This document shows positions 10,190 through 20,401 of a stretch of 64,000 nucleotides of DNA, in pieces; positions within the stretch are counted from its first letter, which is position 1; each line of letters opens with the position of its first letter. The stretch spans positions 7,977-71,976 of the forward strand of contig CAKZPE010000016.1 in NCBI GenBank assembly GCA_937138495.1, read 5' to 3'. The position numbers and the translations under genes were made by a program. Under the pieces are notes generated by a model. The model was not told where the DNA came from, did no database searches, and saw only the letters and a list, made by a program, of their open reading frames with translations. This DNA is from an uncultured Oceanospirillaceae bacterium. GTDB lineage: Bacteria > Pseudomonadota > Gammaproteobacteria > Pseudomonadales > Balneatricaceae.

Positions 10190-10792
10190 TTAGCTGCTAG
10201 CGATCAGCTGAGTGACGCCATCATAGACGAACTGAATGGCCAGCGCCGCCAGAATAACCCCCAGAAAGCGGCGTAAAATTTCATCACCGGTACGGCCGAT
10301 AATCACCTTCACATAGCGTGACAACAACATCAGCACCAGCGTCAGTACGGTAATCGAGATAATCGCCGCCAGAATCGATAAATCCTGCGCGGCACTCTCA
10401 GCCTGCGAAAATAACAGGATCGACAAGGTCAGTGAGCCGGGACCGGCCATCAGCGGAATTGACATCGGAAACACCGAAATATCCCGCTTGGCGGTGGTCA
10501 CGGTGTATTCAACATCCTGCGTAATCATCTTGAAAGCAGTGTAAAACAGCAATAAGCCACCGGAAATCCGCAGCGCTTCAATATTAATGCCCAGCTTATT
10601 CAGGAAAGGCTCGCCATAATTACCAAAAATAACCAGCAACAGGGTCGAGATAATGATCGACTTAACCGCCATTTTAACCCGGTGACCGGTTTCTCCCGCC
10701 GGTACCAGAGAATGAAAAACAATTGCCGCACCAATCGGATCAATAATAATGAACAGCGCAGTAATGGCATTCAGATACACCAGAATATCCAT
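10190..10792 (-). CDS. marC: MarC-family (UPF0056) integral membrane protein
   Basis: 200 aa with six hydrophobic segments. N-terminal LFIIIDPIGAAIVF is typical of MarC/YhgN. Confidence 0.8.
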   Translation of the reverse strand: MDILVYLNAITALFIIIDPIGAAIVFHSLVPAGETGHRVKMAVKSIIISTLLLVIFGNYGEPFLNKLGINIEALRISGGLLLFYTAFKMITQDVEYTVTTAKRDISVFPMSIPLMAGPGSLTLSILLFSQAESAAQDLSILAAIISITVLTLVLMLLSRYVKVIIGRTGDEILRRFLGVILAALAIQFVYDGVTQLIASS

Positions 10793-10885
10793 ACAAAAAC
10801 CTTACAGATAAAGATAAACAGGAAAGCCGACAACCGGCGACATCGCCTGCTGACGGCTCAACACGTAAAAAACAGATTGTTAATA

Positions 10886-11371
10886 CTAAGGACGGTTGCC
10901 AATCCGCACGTTACCCGTCTGCATAAACTGGGCAACCTGTTTACGCTTACGGCCAATCAGCAGAGGACCATTGTCAAAGAACAGAAAATTCTTCCAGTTA
11001 CGCTTAAAGACATGCCAGCGGGTTTCGATCACATGCTCAACGTCATAGCAGAAATACACCAGCGTATTATCATCCCAGTCCAGATGCTCCAGTAGCTGTT
11101 CAGGCATTTCGGCATCATTGGATTCCCAGCGGTTTTGCCAGGGAAAGGTTTCTGCCCAGGTGGGATTCTTATTTGCCCAGTCATCATCATAGAATAATTC
11201 CGGGTGATTACTTTCCTGGCTGATTTGCTGACGCCAGACCTGCTCCGCCCGGGCTTCGCTCAGGGGTTTAATCTCATCCAGATCGGCTTCGGAAACCGGC
11301 AGGTCTTTATGCCTGAAAATCCAGGCGCGCTTGTACGTTTCTAACGGTATGTAATTCATCTGATAAACCAA
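10886..11371 (-). CDS. Conserved hypothetical cytoplasmic protein (Trp/Asp-rich; possibly DUF2947-like, unverified)
   Basis: 161-aa ORF with coding-like composition. The start could be the ATG at MNYIPL. No motif recognised. Confidence 0.55.
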   Translation of the reverse strand: MVYQMNYIPLETYKRAWIFRHKDLPVSEADLDEIKPLSEARAEQVWRQQISQESNHPELFYDDDWANKNPTWAETFPWQNRWESNDAEMPEQLLEHLDWDDNTLVYFCYDVEHVIETRWHVFKRNWKNFLFFDNGPLLIGRKRKQVAQFMQTGNVRIGNRP

Positions 11372-11413
11372 AGCAGCTGCCGAACTTACACGGCAGCATA
11401 ATGAAAACAGGTA

Positions 11414-12007
11414 TTATCTGTCGGCCAGAGACGGTGACTCAGAACCTTTAATAATGTCAGGCCGGCGGGCCTGCCAGAAGCGCTTACGCCAGTAGGGATT
11501 CGCCAGTGGAGTAATACTCACACCGAGGGTCTCACCGGCATGCAGGAAAGACTTATTACCGATGTAAATACCGACATGTCGGCTGTACTTTCCGGTTTTA
11601 AAAAACACCAGATCACCGGGCCTCAACTCATCACGGCTGACCGGCGTACCGATAACCGCCTGCTTCAGCGTCGTACGTGGCAGGTTAAGGTTAAACTGAG
11701 CAGCAAAACTGCGTTGCACAAAGGCAGAGCAATCCACACCTCTTTTGGTCGTGCCACCGAGCCGGTAAGGCACCCCCTGCCACTCAGCAAACTGACGCAG
11801 TAACTGTTCCTGAACCGTTGCTTCATCAGCAGGCAGCGGCGTGGCGTTTTTATAGCGCCAGCTCACCACCGGCTTTTCAGCCACTGATGTTTTATCTACC
11901 ACGGCAGGTTTTACCGACTGACCACCACAGCCTGTCAGCAGCAACGCCACTGATACACTGAATACAATCAACCCTGTACGAATCTGCTTAAGCATTCTGC
12001 TCTTCAT
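11414..12007 (-). CDS. NlpC/P60 (C40) peptidoglycan endopeptidase lipoprotein
   Basis: Lipobox LLLTGC after a signal peptide. Catalytic Cys context GVDCSAFVQ and downstream His (SRHVGIYIG). The ORF is open to 12058; the start is chosen at MKSRMLKQ. Confidence 0.8.
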   Translation of the reverse strand: MKSRMLKQIRTGLIVFSVSVALLLTGCGGQSVKPAVVDKTSVAEKPVVSWRYKNATPLPADEATVQEQLLRQFAEWQGVPYRLGGTTKRGVDCSAFVQRSFAAQFNLNLPRTTLKQAVIGTPVSRDELRPGDLVFFKTGKYSRHVGIYIGNKSFLHAGETLGVSITPLANPYWRKRFWQARRPDIIKGSESPSLADR

Positions 12008-12117
12008 CCCGGAAAGCACGACAGATATTTGTGCCAATAATAGCCCAAGCATTGGCACAGCAATAGAGGCAAGATACTATTTTGGTTAAGGATTATCGAA
12101 CATTCGGACAAAATACC

Positions 12118-12624
12118 ATGGCCCAGACACCCAATTTACCTATTATTTACAGTACAGAAATAAAATCTGACTGGCTGGATTACAACAACCACATGAACGT
12201 GGCCTACTACGTTCTGATCTTTGACCTGGCCGGTGTGGATCTGGTGGCAACACTGGGCCTCAGCCCTGAATATACAGCCCGCGAACAAATTTCCTGGATG
12301 GTACTGGAAAACCATATTACCTATAACAGCGAAGTCAGTCTGGGCCAGGAAGTCGATATCAGCTGCCGCCTGCTGGATAACGACGGCAAACGGCTGCACC
12401 TTTACTTTGAAATGCACGCCCGCAATCCGGATGGCAGCACATACCTGGCATCAACACTGGAACAAATGGCCATGTGCGTGGATCTTAGCGCCCGTAAAGC
12501 CTGCGAGTTTCCGGCTGACATCCTGACCCACATTGAAGCACTTGCCGATAAACACGAAGCACTGCCAATGCCCGACAACATTGGCCGAAAAATAGGCATC
12601 CGCCGTAAACCTTCTGCAGGCTGA
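12118..12624 (+). CDS. Hotdog-fold acyl-CoA thioesterase family protein
   Basis: DYNNHMNVAYYVLIFD is typical of the 4HBT-type thioesterase N-terminus. The track ORF starts at TTG 12082; the first ATG is at 12118. Confidence 0.7.
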   Translation: MAQTPNLPIIYSTEIKSDWLDYNNHMNVAYYVLIFDLAGVDLVATLGLSPEYTAREQISWMVLENHITYNSEVSLGQEVDISCRLLDNDGKRLHLYFEMHARNPDGSTYLASTLEQMAMCVDLSARKACEFPADILTHIEALADKHEALPMPDNIGRKIGIRRKPSAG

Positions 12625-12627
12625 CCC

Positions 12628-13635
12628 ATGATTAAACCAGAGATACTCCAGCGCGCTGCCAGTCAGGGGCTGATCACACCCGAACAGGCAGGCCCCCTGC
12701 TGGAATTTATAAACCGGCACCAGGATGCAGACCTCCCCGCAGGTCAGGATGAAGAGCAGCTGAAATTTGTGCGCAATTTCGGTGATATTTTTATCACTAT
12801 CGGCGTTGCCTTTGTGGCAATGTCCATCGCCACCATGCACCTTGAAAACTGGCAGTGGTGGCTGGCCGCGGGCTGTTTTGTTGCACTGGCAGAATGGCTG
12901 GTACGGCAACGGCGGCTGGCCCTGCCGGGCATGGCCATTCTGTTATCGATTATGTATTTCGTTGCTCAGGGCGCCGGGCTGCCGGACATTGACCTGTTTG
13001 CCGACCCGTACAGCAGCACCCCCTCCCTGTTATTACTGGCAGGCTGCGCCGGAGCCTTTTACTGGCGCTACGGTATGCCCTTCAGCCTCCTGCCCATGGC
13101 GTTGTGCCTGGTGACAATTGCCCTCATCGGCCTGGGCGAAGAACTGCTCGAACACCAGTGGCTGTTCACCCTGACGGGCTTAGTTGTCTTTACAGTAGCC
13201 ATGACATTTGACAGCAAAGACCGTCAGCGTCAGCTTCGCTGGAGCGACTGTGGTTTCTGGCTGCACCTGCTGGCCTCTCCGCTGATTGTTCACGGCATTA
13301 TGACCACTCTGATTTTCTCAGATACCCCGTTGCTAAATGCACTGGGCAATGAAATCCTGCTGATCAGCTTCTTCATTGTCTTCATGCTGATAGCCTTGCT
13401 GGTCGACCGGCGGGCAATGCTGGTATCCAGTTCCAGCTATGGTATCTACGCCATGTTTATCCTGCTGGAAAACAGCACCGTCAGCGCCGAGAATCTGCCT
13501 TTGATTGTGTTTATAGGCTTTGGCCTGTTCATTATCTTTTTTGGCACATTCTGGTACCGGTTGCGCAGCATTATATTTCGCCCGCTGGTCCATACGGCTA
13601 TCGCCAGACTGGTGCCGGACTTTAACGGCAAATAA
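12628..13635 (+). CDS. Multi-pass membrane protein of unknown function
   Basis: Soluble N-terminal region of about 50 aa, then about 9 hydrophobic segments. It starts 3 nt after the thioesterase stop, so it is probably co-transcribed. Confidence 0.65.
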   Translation: MIKPEILQRAASQGLITPEQAGPLLEFINRHQDADLPAGQDEEQLKFVRNFGDIFITIGVAFVAMSIATMHLENWQWWLAAGCFVALAEWLVRQRRLALPGMAILLSIMYFVAQGAGLPDIDLFADPYSSTPSLLLLAGCAGAFYWRYGMPFSLLPMALCLVTIALIGLGEELLEHQWLFTLTGLVVFTVAMTFDSKDRQRQLRWSDCGFWLHLLASPLIVHGIMTTLIFSDTPLLNALGNEILLISFFIVFMLIALLVDRRAMLVSSSSYGIYAMFILLENSTVSAENLPLIVFIGFGLFIIFFGTFWYRLRSIIFRPLVHTAIARLVPDFNGK

Positions 13636-13910
13636 CCTGAACACCGCAGAATACTGGACTATTGGTTCAGCATTCTGCACCCTTATCCTTAAGACTTCAG
13701 ACTCGGGGGCTTAACCATCTGTTTACCCCATTCGGATTACAGTGGATACAGAGTTTTTTTCCGACAGCTCATTCACACAAACGCAGTATGAATCGATAAA
13801 TCTGTAACCCTGAAGGATCACGGTTACAAGATACAGCCACAGAATGCTTTGAGTTATCAGAACGGATTAATCAGAAGCTGAAAATCCAGGTAATACCAGG
13901 GAGAGTTCAT

Positions 13911-14945
13911 ATGAAAAGGATTATTTACTGGCTTACTGCCAGTGCAGTTATATTAACGTTACAGGCCTGTGTAAGCACTTCACGTGTCTTATCTGAAACC
14001 GCAATGCTCCCTCCACAGCCCGCGGAAGCGCATCAATCAGAACTGGATGATGTCCCTGCATATATCAATGAGTTTAAAGAAAAATATAAAGATCTGACTT
14101 TAGAGATCAATAATCAGAAATATGACTTTAGCTTCATGGACCGTGTAAATACCAGTGACAGCAGGAAAAGCTTACTTATCCTCGAATACGAATCAGGCAT
14201 CGTGCTGGTAGGGTTTAATAACGAAAAAGAGGAGCTTGCTGAGTTTCTGCAAATACGGGAAGGAGATACTTCAGATCTGCAGGCCATTCTTGATAACCCT
14301 GACCGTCTTTTTGTTGCGCAAAACATTCACCTGAAAGAACAGAACGGCAACGCAATCTATGTCGCCAGCCTGACAGATAATACCACTCAGGAAAGCTACA
14401 ACCTTCGTTTAGTCATCAATGAATCGCTCGTTGATGCGGGTAACAGCACTCTGGAAGTGAAGGGAACTTCCGCTGAGATCATTGCAGATAATGTCGGAGC
14501 CATCACATATATTCAAGTACAGGCATTAATTACTGATCATCCTGAAGTGGATACCCTGATATTAAAAAATATAGGCGGCTCCCTGAATGATGCCATCAAT
14601 ATGCACACCGGCCGCTTAATAAGAGAAGCCGGGCTGACCACCCGGGTACCTGCTGACGGTGAAATTCGCTCAGGCGGAGTAGATCTGTTCTCATCGGGAC
14701 TGGTACGTCAATATGAGACGGGCAGCAAGATTGGCGTACACGCCTGGTGCTGCACTGAAGATGGAAAGACTGCAGATAAACTAAGTCGGAATCATAACGC
14801 TCACAATGCTCAGCTTATCTATTTCAGAGAAATGCTGGGGACAAATTTGGGAGCCGAATTCTATTTCTTCACCATTGAAGCGGCTCCGTTTGATGATATA
14901 CATTTAATGACTCAGGAAGAAACAGAACACTTTTTACTAAACTAG
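13911..14945 (+). CDS. Lipoprotein of unknown function, AT-richer than its neighbours; the C-terminal half has a ClpP/SppA-like motif pattern
   Basis: GGAGAG RBS upstream of the ATG. Signal peptide with lipobox LTLQAC. The C-terminal KNIGGSLNDAINMHTGRL...GEIRSGGVDLFSSG loosely resembles INSPGG...GQAASMG of the ClpP fold. Confidence 0.7.
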   Translation: MKRIIYWLTASAVILTLQACVSTSRVLSETAMLPPQPAEAHQSELDDVPAYINEFKEKYKDLTLEINNQKYDFSFMDRVNTSDSRKSLLILEYESGIVLVGFNNEKEELAEFLQIREGDTSDLQAILDNPDRLFVAQNIHLKEQNGNAIYVASLTDNTTQESYNLRLVINESLVDAGNSTLEVKGTSAEIIADNVGAITYIQVQALITDHPEVDTLILKNIGGSLNDAINMHTGRLIREAGLTTRVPADGEIRSGGVDLFSSGLVRQYETGSKIGVHAWCCTEDGKTADKLSRNHNAHNAQLIYFREMLGTNLGAEFYFFTIEAAPFDDIHLMTQEETEHFLLN

Positions 14946-15131
14946 CATTACTCTGATCTGTGGCAGTAAACCTGCCACTTTAGCACTTTGGCATAACAGC
15001 AATTAAGCTGTCACTTTACGAATGACCATCCTGTAATTGACAGGTGCAGGCCACATCAGGTGCACTTTTGCTGCTCCCGGTGAAAGCTCGTGATGCCAAA
15101 GTCATATACTATCAAAGCAAGGGAGATTTCC

Positions 15132-16265
15132 GTGTTGCCGTATCGCTTTCCCCGCACGCCAGTAATGCTGGCTGGCCTGATCCTGTCTGCAACCCTGTTA
15201 CAGGGATGTACCGAAGAAACCCAAACCGGGCAAACTGCTCAAACGGCCATCCGGCCCGTTAAGCTCTACAGTGTAGGCGCCCCGAAAGAAGCCCCCAGCC
15301 GCACACTGGCCGGTACGATTCAGGCCTCCGATCAGGCGGACCTGAGCTTTCGGGTAGGTGGAAAAGTCGCCGCCGTGAATGTCGACGCCGGTGATAAAGT
15401 CAGCACGGGAGACGTCATTGCAACACTGGATGAAACCCAGCTACAACTGGCAGCAGACTCTGCTAAGGCCCAGCTGCAACGTGCCAACGCCGTACTGGCA
15501 GAAGCTCAGCGCAACTACACAGCCAACAAAGAACTGGTTAAGCGCGGTGTGATCTCCCGGATCAGCTTTGAAAACATTGTTGCCACACTGAAGTCTTCCA
15601 CTGCTGATGCTGACGCAGCCAAAGCCAGCCATGCACGCGCCCTGAAAGATCTGGACTACGCTGTCCTGCAGGCGCCTTTCAGCGGCCTGATTGCCAGCCG
15701 GAACGTTGAACCCTTCACCAATGTCACTGCCGGGCAGAGCCTGTTCCAGATCGCTAAACAGGGCCAGCGGGAAGTGGTCGTCAGAATGCCATTATCTACC
15801 CTGCGCTATATCGATCAGGACAGTCCTGTACGGGTTACCCCGCTGATCGCTGATGAACTGAATCTGGGAGAAGCACCTGCCTATGAAGGTGTCATACACC
15901 AGATCGGCTCCCGCTCTGAAGCCGGCAACGCCGTCACTATGAAAGTATTGCTGCAGGGCGATGTCGCCGAATTGCGCGACGGTATGGCAGCAGAAGTACG
16001 CTTTAACCTCAGCTATCAGGACAGCGGACACCTGACGGTCCCCTTCAGCGCCATCGTTGCCGGTGATCAGACCGATATTGGCTACGTCTTTAAATATCAG
16101 CCGGAACAGCAACAAGTTACTAAAGTCGAAATTCAGCTGATTGCCCCGCGGGATCAGGGTGTTGAGGTTACCGGTGAACTGCTGGCCGGTGATCAGGTCG
16201 TCGCCGCCGGCGCTCAGTTCCTGCATGAAGGTCAGCAGGTTACGCCATTTAAAGCTGTCCAGTAA
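15132..16265 (+). CDS. RND efflux periplasmic adaptor (membrane fusion protein), lipoprotein
   Basis: AAGGGAG RBS, then GTG at 15132. Lipobox LLQGC. Biotinyl-lipoyl-like and coiled-coil segments typical of the HlyD/AcrA family. The track ORF begins at 15090. Confidence 0.85.
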   Translation: MLPYRFPRTPVMLAGLILSATLLQGCTEETQTGQTAQTAIRPVKLYSVGAPKEAPSRTLAGTIQASDQADLSFRVGGKVAAVNVDAGDKVSTGDVIATLDETQLQLAADSAKAQLQRANAVLAEAQRNYTANKELVKRGVISRISFENIVATLKSSTADADAAKASHARALKDLDYAVLQAPFSGLIASRNVEPFTNVTAGQSLFQIAKQGQREVVVRMPLSTLRYIDQDSPVRVTPLIADELNLGEAPAYEGVIHQIGSRSEAGNAVTMKVLLQGDVAELRDGMAAEVRFNLSYQDSGHLTVPFSAIVAGDQTDIGYVFKYQPEQQQVTKVEIQLIAPRDQGVEVTGELLAGDQVVAAGAQFLHEGQQVTPFKAVQ

Positions 16266-16277
16266 GGGAGCCGGATC

Positions 16278-19200
16278 ATGATTACCAAGCTTGCCTTACA
16301 GGGCAACCGGGTCACCATCGCCATGACCCTGCTGCTCAGCCTGATGGGAATATTTCTGTATCAGGACTTTCCTTCGCAGGAAGAACCGGAAATCAATATC
16401 CGTGAAGCCGTTGTTACCGCCCAGTATCCGGGCCTGCCGCCACAGCGGGTAGAAAACCTGATTATCCGTAAACTGGAAGATGCCATCCGGCAAATTCCGG
16501 AAGTGAAAGACATTAACTCTCAGGCCAGTACCGGTTACGCCCAGATCAATGTCAGCCTGTATGATTCGGTCAGTGACCTGCAACCGATATGGCAAACCCT
16601 GCGAAACAAAGTCAACGACGTTAAGAATCAGCTCCCCAGTGGCACCCAGGGGCCCTTCGTTAACGACGACTTTGGCCGGGTAGCCGTCGCCAGTATCGCC
16701 TTCACGGCTGAAGGCTTTACCCTGGCAGAAATGCGCACCACAGTTAAGCGCTTTCAGGATCAGCTCACTGCACTGAAAGGGGTCAGCCGTATAGAACTGC
16801 TGGGGAATAACCCGGAACAGATCTATCTGGAAAGCACGACCACCGAGCTGAGCAGAGCCGGTGTGAACATTCAGCAAGCCTTGCAGACTTTGCAAAACCG
16901 TAACGTCATCAGCGCTGCCGGCGAACTCAGCACTGGCCAGCAAAGGGTCGTTATCGAACCCACCGGTAACCTTAACAACGTTGAGGAAATTGCCAACATT
17001 CCTTTACGGCTGGACGACGGCGGTATCATCTACCTCGGTGACCTGTTCCGTATTACCCGGGGCTACAAGGAACCCGCAGAACGTTTCGCCTATTACAACG
17101 GCAAACGGGCACTGGTACTGGCCGTCTCAATGCAAAGTGGCTTTAACGTGCTGTCATTCTCAGAGAGCATGAAGCAGCGGGTTGCCGAACTTGAGAACAC
17201 CCTGCCCTGGGGCTTTGAAGTGGACTTTGTCACCTACCAGGCCACGGAAGTGAAACGCTCTATCGATCAGGTCACCAACAGCCTGCTGCAAACCGTTGCT
17301 GTAGTGTTTGTTGTGGTGGTGCTGTTCTTGGGCATGCGCACCGGCATTGTTGCCGGCCTGCTGGTGCCGATTACCATCCTGGTCACTCTGGTGGTGATGT
17401 CGATAATGGAAATCCCCTTACAGAAGGTTTCCATCGCCGCCATTATCATTGCACTGGGCCTGTTGGTGGATAACGGTATCGTGGTGGCAGAAGACTATCT
17501 CACCCGGGTCAATCAGGGTCAGACCGGCTTTGAAGCGGCAATGACCTCCGGCAGTAAAATGATGGTGCCGCTGCTGACGGCATCCCTGACCACCATTTTT
17601 GCATTCTATCCACTGATGGCCGGCGACAACGTCACTATCGAATATACCCGCTCACTGGCGCAGGTTATCACCATCACCCTGCTCTCCTCCTGGGTGGTTG
17701 CCCTGACAGTCATTCCCCTGCTGGCCATGTGGCTGATTAAAGCCCGCGGCCCCCAGCAGTCTGCAGACAGCGAATCATCCCTGCAGACCGGCTATAAACG
17801 CCTCCTGAATCTGATTCTTGGCGCCAGAACAGCCTTCCTGCTGATGATGGTTGTGTTACTGGTACTGGCCGTGTACGCCTTCGGAGCGGTCCCGAAGAAG
17901 TTCATGCCCCCCAATGCCCGTCAGCAATACATGATCGAACTGGAACTGCCTGCCGGCTACAGCATTGACGCCACCCAGACACTGAGCGGCGAAGTCAGCC
18001 GCTGGCTGATGCAACCGGACAGCAATCCGGACGTAGCAAACCATGTTACCTATATCGGCTTTGGTGGCCCGCGCTTTGTGTTGTCACTCAACCCAAATGA
18101 TCCGGCCCCACACCGTGCCTTCATGCTGGTTAACCTGAAAGACGGCAGCAGCCAGCAGGCAGCGATGGATAAATCCCGTCAGTATCTGACCACTCAGTTC
18201 CCTGAAGCCCGCATCAGCGTGAAAGGATTTGGCTCCGGGGGTGCTGAAGAAGGCAGCATCGAATACCGGATTAAAGGCCCGGACAAAATCACCCTGCGAC
18301 AGATTTCTGAACAGGTTCAGAGCCTGCTGTATCAACAACCGGGTATGATCAATATTCAGGACAACTGGGATAATAAAGTTTTCAAACTTAAAGTTCAGAT
18401 CGACCAGACGAAGGCGGAACTGGCCGGGCTGAGCACCGAGCAGGTCTCCCGGGCACTGGATACCCTGCTGAGCAGCGGTGAAGTTACCCAGTTCCGTGAA
18501 GGCGACCAGAGCATCCCGGTCACGGTCCGCAGCGCCGGTATAGAGCGGGAAGATGTAGAGCGTTTCGGTACCCTGTATGTCGGCAACGACCGCCAGGGGA
18601 ATCCGGTAACCCTGACACAGATTGCCGCCTTTTATGCAGAACCCACTGAATCACTGCAGCGCCGCTACAACCTGGAACCGACCATTAAGATCAAAGGGGT
18701 CAGCACCCTGTTGCCTGCCAGTGAAATGGTCAGCCGTCTTGCACCGGAACTGACTGCACTGGGCATTCCACTGGGCTACAGCATCGAGGTGGGCGGTGAA
18801 GCAGAGTCTTCTAACGATGCGACGTCAGCACTGGCTCAGAATCTGCCAATTGCCTTCGGTGCGATCTTCCTGCTCCTGCTGGCTCAGTTCCGTTCCTTCC
18901 GTAAGGTAGGCATCATTGGCATCACGCTGGTATTCAGCCTGATCGGTGCCAGCTTCGGTTTATTCCTGCTGCAGGCAAACTTTGGCTTCATGGCAATGCT
19001 CGGCTTCCTGTCCCTGGGAGGCATCATCATCAACAACGGCATATTGCTGGTCGAACAGTTTGATCTGGAAGAAGCCAGCGGTAAATCACCCTATCAGGCA
19101 ATAGTCGACGGCGCCGCCTCCCGGCTACGGCCTATTCTGGTGACCACAGGCACCAGCGTCATCGGCTTGATGCCCCTGATGCTCAGCGGTGACGAGCTCT

Positions 19201-19310
19201 GGTTCGGGCTTACCGTCGTGCTGGCAGCGGGTCTGCTCGGAGGGACACTGCTCACCCTCGGTGTGGTGCCGGTCCTTTACAGCCTGTTGTTTAAAGTAAA
19301 ACGGGCCTGA
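16278..19310 (+). CDS. RND efflux permease (AcrB/AcrD/AcrF family)
   Basis: 1010 aa with 12-TM topology and two large periplasmic loops. N-terminal family pattern. It directly follows the adaptor. Confidence 0.9.
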   Translation: MITKLALQGNRVTIAMTLLLSLMGIFLYQDFPSQEEPEINIREAVVTAQYPGLPPQRVENLIIRKLEDAIRQIPEVKDINSQASTGYAQINVSLYDSVSDLQPIWQTLRNKVNDVKNQLPSGTQGPFVNDDFGRVAVASIAFTAEGFTLAEMRTTVKRFQDQLTALKGVSRIELLGNNPEQIYLESTTTELSRAGVNIQQALQTLQNRNVISAAGELSTGQQRVVIEPTGNLNNVEEIANIPLRLDDGGIIYLGDLFRITRGYKEPAERFAYYNGKRALVLAVSMQSGFNVLSFSESMKQRVAELENTLPWGFEVDFVTYQATEVKRSIDQVTNSLLQTVAVVFVVVVLFLGMRTGIVAGLLVPITILVTLVVMSIMEIPLQKVSIAAIIIALGLLVDNGIVVAEDYLTRVNQGQTGFEAAMTSGSKMMVPLLTASLTTIFAFYPLMAGDNVTIEYTRSLAQVITITLLSSWVVALTVIPLLAMWLIKARGPQQSADSESSLQTGYKRLLNLILGARTAFLLMMVVLLVLAVYAFGAVPKKFMPPNARQQYMIELELPAGYSIDATQTLSGEVSRWLMQPDSNPDVANHVTYIGFGGPRFVLSLNPNDPAPHRAFMLVNLKDGSSQQAAMDKSRQYLTTQFPEARISVKGFGSGGAEEGSIEYRIKGPDKITLRQISEQVQSLLYQQPGMINIQDNWDNKVFKLKVQIDQTKAELAGLSTEQVSRALDTLLSSGEVTQFREGDQSIPVTVRSAGIEREDVERFGTLYVGNDRQGNPVTLTQIAAFYAEPTESLQRRYNLEPTIKIKGVSTLLPASEMVSRLAPELTALGIPLGYSIEVGGEAESSNDATSALAQNLPIAFGAIFLLLLAQFRSFRKVGIIGITLVFSLIGASFGLFLLQANFGFMAMLGFLSLGGIIINNGILLVEQFDLEEASGKSPYQAIVDGAASRLRPILVTTGTSVIGLMPLMLSGDELWFGLTVVLAAGLLGGTLLTLGVVPVLYSLLFKVKRA

Positions 19311-19328
19311 CAAAAGCCCTTAACGCAA

Positions 19329-19359
19329 ACAGGCCGGCATTATGCCGGCCTGTTTTGTA
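19329..19359. terminator. Intrinsic terminator between the RND permease and yaeQ
   Basis: ACAGGCCGGCA-TTA-TGCCGGCCTGT is a perfect 11-bp stem, followed by TTTTGT on the plus strand. Confidence 0.75.
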
Positions 19360-19384
19360 TCAGGCGTTCCCGATCTCTGGCAGC

Positions 19385-19918
19385 TTAGCTCAACGGCTGC
19401 AAGGTCACTTCGCAGTTATGCTCAGCGCTGCTGAGCATAAGCGTGTCATCGGTAATCATCAGTGACAGATCCATAGTCCGCTCAACCATCGCTTCCAGCG
19501 GTGTAAGCTGCCCGGCAGGAAACTGCCAGACACTCACCTTAGGTAACTGCGTGATAGCCTGCTGATGCTTTTGCCACCAGATTTCCGTCTCACTGCCATA
19601 AGCGTACAGGCTGATTTGCTGCGCCCGGCTAACCCCTTTACGCAACCGCTCAGGGCTGGCCTGCCCCAGCTCAATCCAGTGTTCCACTTCTCCCGAAGGC
19701 GATACCTGCCACAATTCCGGCTCATCCGTCGCTGACAGCCCTTTAGTAAAGCTGAGATCCCGGTGATAATTCAGGCCGTATACCAGAATCCTCACCATCA
19801 TCCGGGTCAGGGTTTCTGAAGGATGCTGCGCCACCGTCAGGGACAAGCTCTCGTAGCAATGCTTATTCATATCACTAAGCTGCAGGTTAACTTTATAGAT
19901 TGTCGGTTTCAGCGCCAT
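19385..19918 (-). CDS. yaeQ: YaeQ family protein
   Basis: MALKPTIYKVNLQLSDMNKH...AQHPSET is collinear with E. coli YaeQ. The ORF is open to 19951, but ATG 19918 matches the family start. Confidence 0.85.
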   Translation of the reverse strand: MALKPTIYKVNLQLSDMNKHCYESLSLTVAQHPSETLTRMMVRILVYGLNYHRDLSFTKGLSATDEPELWQVSPSGEVEHWIELGQASPERLRKGVSRAQQISLYAYGSETEIWWQKHQQAITQLPKVSVWQFPAGQLTPLEAMVERTMDLSLMITDDTLMLSSAEHNCEVTLQPLS

Positions 19919-20070
19919 AAGGGTTCTCAGCAAGGGAAAATTCGTCGCCATTGTACAGCAATCTTCAGCAACTGCAGCCCGGGATCACAGAGCAATCAAC
20001 CGGCTTGACCGCCGGGCCACATTGCCCCATGCTTGCCCTCTGTTTTAACGGCAACATACTGAGGGTAATT

Positions 20071-20328
20071 ATGCAGTGCCGGCCAGGGTGCGGTGCCTGT
20101 TGCATCGCCCCACACATATCATCAGCCATTCCCGGTATGCCCGACGGCAAACCCGCCGGCGTACGGTGCATAAATCTGGATACCGGCAATAATTGCCTGA
20201 TCTGGCAAAGGGATGACTATCCTCAGGTTTGTCAGGACTTTACTGCCCACCGGGAACACTGTGCCGAAAACCGCCACCAGGCATTGCAGATTCTGACGCG
20301 AATGGAAGATGAAACCCGTCCGGATTAA
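20071..20328 (+). CDS. YkgJ-family Cys-cluster (zinc/iron-chelating) protein
   Basis: The product begins MQCRPGCGACCIAP (CxxCC motif) with further conserved Cys residues. The upstream part of track ORF 19951.. lacks coding character. Confidence 0.7.
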   Translation: MQCRPGCGACCIAPHISSAIPGMPDGKPAGVRCINLDTGNNCLIWQRDDYPQVCQDFTAHREHCAENRHQALQILTRMEDETRPD

Positions 20329-20401
20329 AAAGCCCTGTGCAGCGCTTCACCGGCGGTGCTAAAATCCTCCTCCCTGTCCGCTAATCAATACAGAAGACAT
20401 T

